Assembly: GCA_020348445.1 (NCBI GenBank)
Contig: CP070751.1
Span: 2,744,750 to 2,808,749 of the forward strand
Source of the DNA: Thermoplasmata archaeon
GTDB taxonomy: Archaea; Thermoplasmatota; Thermoplasmata; GCA-020350865
Direction of reading: 5' to 3'
Length of the DNA stretch: 64,000 bases
The notes below the pieces were generated by a model. The model was not told the origin of the DNA and made no database searches. It saw only the letters and a list, made by a program, of their open reading frames with translations. This document shows, one piece after another, positions 50,585 to 57,803 of the stretch (position 1 is the stretch's first letter; the number at the start of each line of letters is the position of its first letter). The translations under genes were made by a program, and so were the position numbers.

Positions 50585-53527
50585 TTACGCACTTCCACTC
50601 AAACCGCAATTTGGGCATTGAATCTGTGGGCTTCTAGTGTCTGCTTGAAAAGCAAAACCACATTGTGGGCAACTCAAACTTTGAAGTGCACCTTGAGATT
50701 GTTTAATTTCGCTATCAGAACCGACGCCTGCCGCCTTTGATGATGATATCCCACCTATCAAAGCAGCTATGATGGCCACTATTAGTATCAAAATTACAAC
50801 CAGCAACAAAAGCATCCACAAGGGTAATTCACTTAAATCTTCTGCATTGTCAACTTCAATTGTCAATGTTTCCTCAACGGACTCACCCTCATCATCTGTA
50901 GCCCTTATCGTGATTGTGTGCTCGCCATCTGAAAGTTCTGTGGTATCCAATTGAAAGCTCCAGCCAGTTTTACCCTCTGCTTCTTCCCAACTTCCAGAAT
51001 CGATCTGAATCTCTACCTGTGTGATATCACCATCCTCATCAGAAGCGGTGCCTTCTATTGTAATGGTCCCTGAGACTTTTTCTGGTATATAAGAGGTGAT
51101 GGAAAGGGTGGGAGCATGGGGATTGTCCACATGAACAATCACAAATTCTACAATGGAGTAATCTGTTCCATCGAAGGCCCTGGCCGATATATTGTATTCC
51201 CCGTCATCCAACTCTGTTGTATCCCAGTTATATGTCCAATCTGTTGTACCTTCTGCTTCTTCCCATGTACCTTCGATTTTAACCTCCACAGATGTTATAG
51301 TGCCGTCACCATCTGGATCCGATGCTGTACCCGCAATCTCCACAATTCCAGATACGGTTCCTTCGGCTGGAGATATGATTTCCAAGGTAGGCGGATAGTT
51401 TATACTATTATCGACAGTAACAGCCACTGATATAATAGATGAGTGCTCATTTCTATCATCCTCTGCCCTGGCATATAAGGCATGTTCACCATCGACTTCA
51501 GAGGTTGTGTCCCAGGAAAAACTCCAGGATGATGTTCCAGTGGCTGTGAACCATCCCTTATTATCGATTTTAATTTGCACTTTCTGAACATTTCCATCCA
51601 AATCTGATGCTGTACCTTTGACAATGACTGTACCCGAAACCGTATCCTCATCATGCGGTGAGGTGATAGCCACTGTGGGGGGATTATTGGGTTGTGGGGA
51701 AACATTATTTACAGTAATATTTACCCTCTGTTCTGTTGAGTAGTTCAATCCGTCATAACTTCTTACGTATATTGTGTATTGTCCATTATCCATCGTTGTA
51801 GTATCCAAGGGGTAGGTCCAGGAAGTTGTTCCTTCCACCTCGATCCAATTACCATTATCAATTCTCAATTCTACATGTTCCACGGTTCCATCTGTATCAT
51901 ATGCCGTGCCTTGGATATCAATGGTATCTGAGACAGTCTCACCTTCATAAGGTGATGTGATGCTAACAGTTGGTGGATTATTGGTGGCTATGTTACTCAC
52001 AATTATATTCACCTGCTGCTCTATCGAGTAATTAAATCCATCATAACTTCTTGCATAAATCGCGTATGGTCCATTATCCATCGTCGTAGTATTCAAGGAA
52101 TAGTTCCAGGATGATGTTCCTTGCACTTCGATCCAATTTCCATTATCGATTTTCAATTCCACAAATTGTATGGTTCCATCCACATCTGCGGCTGTACCTA
52201 GGACATAAACGATACCTTCAACCACTTGTCCTTCAAAAGGTGATGTGATTTGTACTGTGGGGGGAATGTTTATTTGAGTCTCGAAATATCTTTTGTAATA
52301 TATCTCCATCCTGTCCCCATCTAAATAATCCCTGCCGTCAGCCCAAACCACGTTGGCTTTATCGTTATGGTCCAATTCGACTACCGGAAAAAGAGATTTT
52401 GAGGCATTTATAGTGAGCCTCAACTCGTCTTTTAAAATATTTCCTTCATTATTGACTTTCATATAATATATCTCGGAGTTTTGGTTGCGCTCATCCTCCC
52501 ATACTATATGAACATTTTCCTGGGAATCAAGATGAAGAGATGGATGCGTTGCATTTTCCTCGTCATTTGTCAATCTTTTTTCATCTACTATGGGAGCACC
52601 ATCATTATCCAATTTCATGTAGTAGACCTGTTTGTAAACATTTCCCTTCCAGTTCGGCATGCTGCCGCAGGTCAGATGGATCAAATCGTTTGAGTCTATG
52701 ACTATATTGGGTCTGAAGTGATCGGCACGGACAAAGGTTTTGGTATCATCTATTATCGTGTTTCCGTTGTTGTTCAATTTTGTATAATAGACATCCTGAC
52801 ACTTTGTGGTTCCTGTCTCATTTCTGTCATCCAGCCAGACCACATGGATATTACCCTCAGAATCTGCTTCGCAGTCGGGAAACAGTGATTCCTCACCGTC
52901 CTGCCCTGTCAGAGGCAGGTCGTCCACCAGAGTCTGCCCATTGTTGTCAAGTTTGGTGTAGTAGATCTCCTCCTGCAGAACACTCATTATGTTCACTTCT
53001 TCGGACCACACGATGTGGAGGTTGTCAGATGGATCCACAGTAATTGATGGGTACAGTGAATAATGGGGGGCATGGGTGATTCGCAACTCATCCACAATTG
53101 TATTGCCCATGTTATCCAGTTTCTCGTAGTACAATTCGATATTGGAAACAGGTCCCGTATCTCTGATATCGCTCCAGATGATATGGATATTGTCATTTGA
53201 ATCGCAGGCCACATCCACATGGTACGATGTTGCAGCGTCCTGAACTGTAATTAAGGTCTCGTCAATTATTATGTTTCCTTCCTCATCCAATTTCATATAA
53301 TAGATTTCAGGTGGTCCATGTCTGTAATCGACATACGCAACATGCAGGTTGTTTTGGGAGTCTGAGGCAATTCTTGGTCTTAAGGAAGAATTACCCTCCA
53401 CTTCTGTTATTCTGATATCCTCTGTCCATCCTGATGGAGTTTCCTCAGCGGCTGTTGGGAGAGTCATTTGCAGAATTGAGATCAGTAACATGAAAATGAA
53501 TGCTTGTGCCCATATCTTCTTTTTCAT
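50585..53527 (-). CDS. Surface protein: beta-propeller, five Ig-like (Big) repeats, TM, cytoplasmic zinc ribbon
   Basis: Repeats H.VW.D.R....IYY.KLD..G; five PPT..ITSP..G..V.G.V.I.GTA.D.DG units; C-terminal CPQCG...CPNCG. Confidence 0.85.
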   Translation of the reverse strand: MKKKIWAQAFIFMLLISILQMTLPTAAEETPSGWTEDIRITEVEGNSSLRPRIASDSQNNLHVAYVDYRHGPPEIYYMKLDEEGNIIIDETLITVQDAATSYHVDVACDSNDNIHIIWSDIRDTGPVSNIELYYEKLDNMGNTIVDELRITHAPHYSLYPSITVDPSDNLHIVWSEEVNIMSVLQEEIYYTKLDNNGQTLVDDLPLTGQDGEESLFPDCEADSEGNIHVVWLDDRNETGTTKCQDVYYTKLNNNGNTIIDDTKTFVRADHFRPNIVIDSNDLIHLTCGSMPNWKGNVYKQVYYMKLDNDGAPIVDEKRLTNDEENATHPSLHLDSQENVHIVWEDERNQNSEIYYMKVNNEGNILKDELRLTINASKSLFPVVELDHNDKANVVWADGRDYLDGDRMEIYYKRYFETQINIPPTVQITSPFEGQVVEGIVYVLGTAADVDGTIQFVELKIDNGNWIEVQGTSSWNYSLNTTTMDNGPYAIYARSYDGFNYSIEQQVNIIVSNIATNNPPTVSITSPYEGETVSDTIDIQGTAYDTDGTVEHVELRIDNGNWIEVEGTTSWTYPLDTTTMDNGQYTIYVRSYDGLNYSTEQRVNITVNNVSPQPNNPPTVAITSPHDEDTVSGTVIVKGTASDLDGNVQKVQIKIDNKGWFTATGTSSWSFSWDTTSEVDGEHALYARAEDDRNEHSSIISVAVTVDNSINYPPTLEIISPAEGTVSGIVEIAGTASDPDGDGTITSVEVKIEGTWEEAEGTTDWTYNWDTTELDDGEYNISARAFDGTDYSIVEFVIVHVDNPHAPTLSITSYIPEKVSGTITIEGTASDEDGDITQVEIQIDSGSWEEAEGKTGWSFQLDTTELSDGEHTITIRATDDEGESVEETLTIEVDNAEDLSELPLWMLLLLVVILILIVAIIAALIGGISSSKAAGVGSDSEIKQSQGALQSLSCPQCGFAFQADTRSPQIQCPNCGLSGSA

Positions 53528-53582
53528 ACTAAAATATCAATTGGATTGTTGGCTTTTAAATGTTTTGTTGATCATTAATGCA

Positions 53583-53606
53583 AAAAAGCGGGCCTGGCGG
53601 GATTTG
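53583..53606 (-). repeat. att-like copy of tRNA-Lys 3' end (distal)
   Basis: aaaaagcgggcctggcgggatt (22 nt) is identical to 55998-56019. Confidence 0.9.
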
Positions 53607-53672
53607 TTCCTCGGGTTTTTGGCTAAGATGAAATTTCAGACGCTAAGAAAGCTCAAGGCTTCTACTTCCATT

Positions 53673-53695
53673 TATACCTGCAAAAAACAGGTATA
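53673..53695. promoter_or_regulatory. Putative AbiEi operator IR1
   Basis: TATACCTG-N7-CAGGTATA, upstream of CCGAAAG-TAATAAAA (BRE/TATA-like, 53710-53724). Confidence 0.7.
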
Positions 53696-53742
53696 GCAAG
53701 GATTTTGCGCCGAAAGTAATAAAAAGCATGAACTCCTTATAC

Positions 53743-53761
53743 TACCTGTTAAAAACAGGTA
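53743..53761. promoter_or_regulatory. Putative AbiEi operator IR2
   Basis: TACCTG-N7-CAGGTA, 13 nt before the abiEi ATG. Confidence 0.7.
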
Positions 53762-53774
53762 TTACATTCATATT

Positions 53775-54599
53775 ATGCCGAGTGTGTCCCACATGAAGAA
53801 GATTGATATGGTATACGCGGAGATCATGAAAAGACAGGTTGTGAATACTGATGACTTAGATGAAATCATGTTCTCTGTATTCGGGAAACCTCTTCAATAC
53901 AAGTATTTTTATAATCAATATCTATCAAAACTTGTTAAAGAAAATAAATTGGTAAGGATTCGCAGGGGATTATATCACGGTATCGATATCTATTCCACAA
54001 GAAAATCAAAACCTGATAAATACCTGATCAGCGCGAAGCTCAGGAAACATTATTATTTGGGTTATCATACTGCCCTTGAATTGCATGGATGTGCTTATTC
54101 AGATTTCAATCGATGCTATATTGTTACAACCCCTAATTCGAAATTTGAACCTTTTTACTACGATAACCTGAATTTTCAAAAAGTTTTCACTCGGGATATT
54201 GAAAGTTTTATTGAAACAATAAAATATTCGGGACAAAGCATCTGTGTCTCCAATCCATCAAGAACATTTGTTGAATGCATAAATAGACCTGAGTTTTGCG
54301 GAGGATGGGAGGAGGTTTTAAAGAGCCTAGATTCTCTCGGTAACGTAAAAATCCATGAAGTGCAAAAGATCCTTAAAATATATGATAAGCAGATCCTTTA
54401 TCGAAAATGCGGATATGTACTTGACATCATGATAAAAAATTCTCCATATTATAAACATATTGAGAAACAAAAAGGGCTACATCCAATTGGGAAAAGCGCT
54501 CCAGATTTGTTTATTAAGAAGAACAATAGAGGTAAATATATTCCAAAATGGAAACTGTTTGCCCCATTCGATTTTGCTGAGCTGATAAGAGAGGTGTGA
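53775..54599 (+). CDS. abiEi: Type IV TA antitoxin AbiEi family
   Basis: N-terminal wHTH ending LVRIRRGLY; YLGYHTALELHG; VSNPSRTFVECI.RPE.CGG.EEV; RKCGYVL. Confidence 0.85.
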   Translation: MPSVSHMKKIDMVYAEIMKRQVVNTDDLDEIMFSVFGKPLQYKYFYNQYLSKLVKENKLVRIRRGLYHGIDIYSTRKSKPDKYLISAKLRKHYYLGYHTALELHGCAYSDFNRCYIVTTPNSKFEPFYYDNLNFQKVFTRDIESFIETIKYSGQSICVSNPSRTFVECINRPEFCGGWEEVLKSLDSLGNVKIHEVQKILKIYDKQILYRKCGYVLDIMIKNSPYYKHIEKQKGLHPIGKSAPDLFIKKNNRGKYIPKWKLFAPFDFAELIREV

Positions 54600-55507
54600 A
54601 CTTGGATCTCTCATTGTATCAGGATACCATTTCAGAAAAAATCGAGAGAATATGTGATATTTTGATTCAAACGAATAAAATAAGTACTCTTAGGGATCAT
54701 TTGAGTTTTTATGGCGGGACGGCATTGAATTTTCTCTATCTGAACGTTCCCAGATTGTCTGAAGATTTGGATTTTAATTATAGACAGGTCAATTCACAGG
54801 ACTGGGGGGAGGTCAGGAATGACATCGACATAGAAACCAAAAGGATCTTATATGATCTTGGATACCATCGAGAAAGTATTAAAATTCAGCCTATGTATAA
54901 CCTGTGCAGATTTTATATAGAATATATAAATTCTAAGAACCTAAAAGATCTCATTAAGATTGAGACAGGATATATGCGAAGAATTCCCATTCTAAAAAAC
55001 GACACGTTTAAAGAATTCATCCATCCTGTAACCGGACAGCATATTGATATAAAAACACCACAGAAAGAAGAGTTATTCGCAAATAAGTTCTGCACGATGT
55101 TCTCAAGAGAAAGCATGAGTGTAAGGGATATTTTTGATGTCTACAACATATCTAAAGCTGAGTTCGAATTTTCCTTGTTTTGTGATGTTGTAATGATCGA
55201 ATCAATATTCATGAATATAGATATCATGAATTTTTCGTTGACCTCATTGGATGAGAAAATGCAAATGGATCGAATCCAGGATTTTGTGGCAGGGGAAATC
55301 GATTGGACAGCCATCAACGAGGGAGTCAAATCATTTGTCATGAGGATCCAAGCTGAATTAAAGGTCCGTGACCATCCAAAATTGATCAGGGAATTTCATA
55401 AGTCCAAAACAATTAATATTGATCAGATCATTAACAAGAGTAAATTAAATGATGGGATACAAGAGCATCCGATATTGTTGTGGATAATTGAGGAAATCTC
55501 AAAATAA
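54596..55507 (+). CDS. abiEii: Type IV TA toxin AbiEii family nucleotidyltransferase
   Basis: FYGGTALN...RLSEDLDF, IKIE, EELFANK, RDIFD. GTGA overlap with abiEi. Confidence 0.9.
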   Translation: MNLDLSLYQDTISEKIERICDILIQTNKISTLRDHLSFYGGTALNFLYLNVPRLSEDLDFNYRQVNSQDWGEVRNDIDIETKRILYDLGYHRESIKIQPMYNLCRFYIEYINSKNLKDLIKIETGYMRRIPILKNDTFKEFIHPVTGQHIDIKTPQKEELFANKFCTMFSRESMSVRDIFDVYNISKAEFEFSLFCDVVMIESIFMNIDIMNFSLTSLDEKMQMDRIQDFVAGEIDWTAINEGVKSFVMRIQAELKVRDHPKLIREFHKSKTINIDQIINKSKLNDGIQEHPILLWIIEEISK

Positions 55508-55532
55508 GAATTTATACCAGATAGGTGAAATA

Positions 55533-55550
55533 CGGGCCTGGCGGGATTTG
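55533..55550 (-). repeat. att-like copy of tRNA-Lys 3' end (middle)
   Basis: cgggcctggcgggatttg: 16 nt identical to the tRNA end, 18 nt identical to 53589-53606. Confidence 0.9.
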
Positions 55551-55618
55551 TATCTCAAGGACCCAGAACAAATGAGAATTCGAGCATTAAAATCCGGATG
55601 TATCCTTTTTTCTTATTT

Positions 55619-55903
55619 TTATTTGCAGAATACTTTCTCTTCAAATTTATATTTTGCAAGAAACCGCCAAACAATCAACCAAAAGGGAATAATAAGAAAG
55701 ATACCTCCCAAAAGCAAGATTGGCCATGCAACCGACAATGTATGTATAGGCCAGATAAATCTATCTAATAATCCAAAGTGAATAAAGAGGAATAAAAGTA
55801 AAGCAATAAACCCAGTGAATATTACAAGCAGGATAAACATCAACAGTATCAAACGTGCAATCTCTCTTCCATGAATTGTTTCCATATTTGAAATGAGACC
55901 CAT
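55619..55903 (-). CDS. Small two-TM membrane protein (islet cargo)
   Basis: Two long hydrophobic stretches and a basic C-terminus; lies between two att-like repeats. Confidence 0.6.
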   Translation of the reverse strand: MGLISNMETIHGREIARLILLMFILLVIFTGFIALLLFLFIHFGLLDRFIWPIHTLSVAWPILLLGGIFLIIPFWLIVWRFLAKYKFEEKVFCK

Positions 55904-56003
55904 AATATCCCTCTATATCTAATCAATACATCTCAACTATAAAGTTTTTTTCATGAAATAGGGAAAAAAGACGATATATTACCTTGTCGAGATAGATAAA
56001 AAG

Positions 56004-56157
56004 CGGGCCTGGCGGGATTCGAACCCGTGACCGATCGGTGTCCCTGTGGCCAATGCCCCAACAACGAAGTTAGGCTGGAATTCACGCCAGGTTTCTTTGT
56101 CAGAACAAAGAAACGCACATAAGAGCCGATCGCTCTACCTAGCTGAGCTACAGGCCC
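56004..56157 (-). tRNA. trnK: tRNA-Lys(CTT) with 80-nt intron at 37/38; CCA not encoded
   Basis: GGGCCTG-TA-GCTC AGCTAGGTA GAGC-G-ATCGG CT CTT A [intron] A CCGAT-CGGTC-ACGGG TTCGAAT CCCGC-CAGGCCC-G; 74-nt mature length. Confidence 0.95.
56040..56119 (-). other. tRNA intron with bulge-helix-bulge motif
   Basis: C32-U33-C34-U35 pairs with intron AGGG; 3-nt bulges UAU and ACA; outer helix GUG/CAC. Confidence 0.9.
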
Positions 56158-56320
56158 AAGCGGATGTAAACCCTGTAGCGAAGCTATAAAGTGGCGGAAG
56201 CAAAGCGAACGCCACGGGTATAGCTGAGCTACAGGCCCAAATTGATGTATTGCGAATGGAGCTCAGCTATTTAGTGGTGTAAGCGAAGCGAGCACCACGA
56301 ACATGCTGAGCTACAGGCCC
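56158..56320 (-). repeat. Two tandem 81/82-bp palindromic units, each duplicating the tRNA-Lys 5' end
   Basis: (ta)gctgagctacaggccc at 56140-56157, 56221-56238 and 56305-56320. The intervening sequences are homologous to each other and contain nested inverted repeats. Confidence 0.9.
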
Positions 56321-56345
56321 CTTGCTCCGTCGTAATGGAATGAGA

Positions 56346-56354
56346 TTTAATAAA
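56346..56354 (-). promoter_or_regulatory. TATA box upstream of the most distal tRNA 5'-end copy
   Basis: TTTATTAAA on the minus strand, 26-34 nt upstream of G1 of the 56320 copy. Confidence 0.55.
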
Positions 56355-56591
56355 CGTTACCATAAAATCGAGTCTTTTTAAGCTATAAAAATACAGCTGA
56401 ACATTTTTCTTAGATAATTAACTATTTAATATAGTACAAATTAGGTACAAACTAAAATAACCTTATATATGATATATATTATTATGTAGCCTGGAAAGGG
56501 GGGTACGTACAGCCTAAAACTTGGATTTCGAGTTTGAGGTAAGAAGGCTGTATTGTTCGGCTCACTTTGACCGTACCCACTGCACAAATAA

Positions 56592-57623
56592 TTGAAATTA
56601 AGTATAAAAGGGAAGGTGAAGATCGTGAAAAGAATTGCATATCTGCTCATACTGATTGATAATTATCCAGAAGAAGGGGAGAAATATTTTACAGACCAGG
56701 TACTGGATAATTTGTATGCGGACGGAGATCCTTATCGGGATTTTGTGGATGAGAAAACCGTAATCGCTCTCAAGGAGGTGGGAGGTCAAAGTTATGACGA
56801 GGATTTGGTAGCGGCATCAACTATAAGATATTTTCTTTTAATATGGAACCACAAACCAAATCTCGAGGCTTTAACATATCAACAATTCGGTGGTGAAGGA
56901 GGTAAAGGAGTTACGATCTTGGAGTGGGGATACAAGCCAGAACCAGAAAAGCTTAATACATGCCTGCATTGCGGATCTGAAATCGAGCCGGGCGCTGCTT
57001 TTTGCGAAAACTGCAATAAACCCACCCAAGTTGAAACATTGGAGGTTTGGGCGTGTCCTTCCTGTGATGGTGTGAACCAGCCAGGGGATGAAATTTGTCA
57101 AATTTGTGGTATGGAAGGTCCCAAGCCCTCAAAAGAAATTGTAGAAGCTGATGAAGGAAGAAGTATCATAGATAAGTATATTCCTGCTTTATGGGGGGGA
57201 AACAGAGCTGATAGAATAAGAGCTGCACAGAGAATAGGTGAATCCAAGGATCCAAAGGGTGTGGAACTTCTTATTCAGGCGCTAAGGGATGAGGATAAGT
57301 ATGTTCGAACTGCGGCAATGGGCTCACTTGGAATTATTGGAGATGCAGCCATAGGACCCCTGATCCAAGCTGCAAGGGATTCAGATTGGCATGTCCGATT
57401 TGGCGCGGCAATGGCCTTGGGTATTTCAAGGGATCAAAGGGCTATTGATCCTTTAATTTCAGCTTTAAGGGATGAAGACTCTCGAGTACGAAGTGCAGCA
57501 GAATCTGCCCTGGAGCAGATGGGAAAGCCGGCCATAGAACCTTTGACACAAGTTTTGAACGATGAGAATAAACAGGTCAGTAAAACCGCCAAAAAAGTTC
57601 TAAAGAGGATAAAAAAACGGTAG
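56592..57623 (+). CDS. Zinc-ribbon and HEAT (PBS-lyase-like) repeat protein
   Basis: CLHCG..CENC, CPSC..CQIC; HEAT repeats LIQALRDEDKYVRTAA..LG. Start may be GTG near 56625. Confidence 0.8.
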   Translation: MKLSIKGKVKIVKRIAYLLILIDNYPEEGEKYFTDQVLDNLYADGDPYRDFVDEKTVIALKEVGGQSYDEDLVAASTIRYFLLIWNHKPNLEALTYQQFGGEGGKGVTILEWGYKPEPEKLNTCLHCGSEIEPGAAFCENCNKPTQVETLEVWACPSCDGVNQPGDEICQICGMEGPKPSKEIVEADEGRSIIDKYIPALWGGNRADRIRAAQRIGESKDPKGVELLIQALRDEDKYVRTAAMGSLGIIGDAAIGPLIQAARDSDWHVRFGAAMALGISRDQRAIDPLISALRDEDSRVRSAAESALEQMGKPAIEPLTQVLNDENKQVSKTAKKVLKRIKKR

Positions 57624-57803
57624 GTAAATGAAGAACGGAATAAAAATTGGTGGTAAATCGAAATTCTATTCTTATTTATCAGAGGCTGATATCCTAAAAA
57701 ATAAAAAACCCAAAAAACCCACCAAAAACTTTATTATAAGGCAGACTCTATACAATAATTGAAAGTTTCATTCTCAATTCCACCTCAACGGGGTGTGAGG
57801 CTG

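Larger units (their letters stand above)
53583..56019. mobile_element. Integrase-free tandem islets at the tRNA-Lys 3' end
   Basis: Direct repeats of the tRNA 3' end at 53583-53604, 55533-55548 and 55998-56019. Cargo is the AbiE pair and a small membrane gene; the region looks AT-rich. Confidence 0.75.

Noticed and set aside
56140-56320. Mini CRISPR array
   Set aside because: The repeat is the tRNA 5' end, the spacers are homologous to each other, and there are no cas genes.
56158-56320. Extra D-loop intron or split tRNA gene
   Set aside because: No bulge-helix-bulge at the junctions, and a complete tRNA already exists at 56004-56157.
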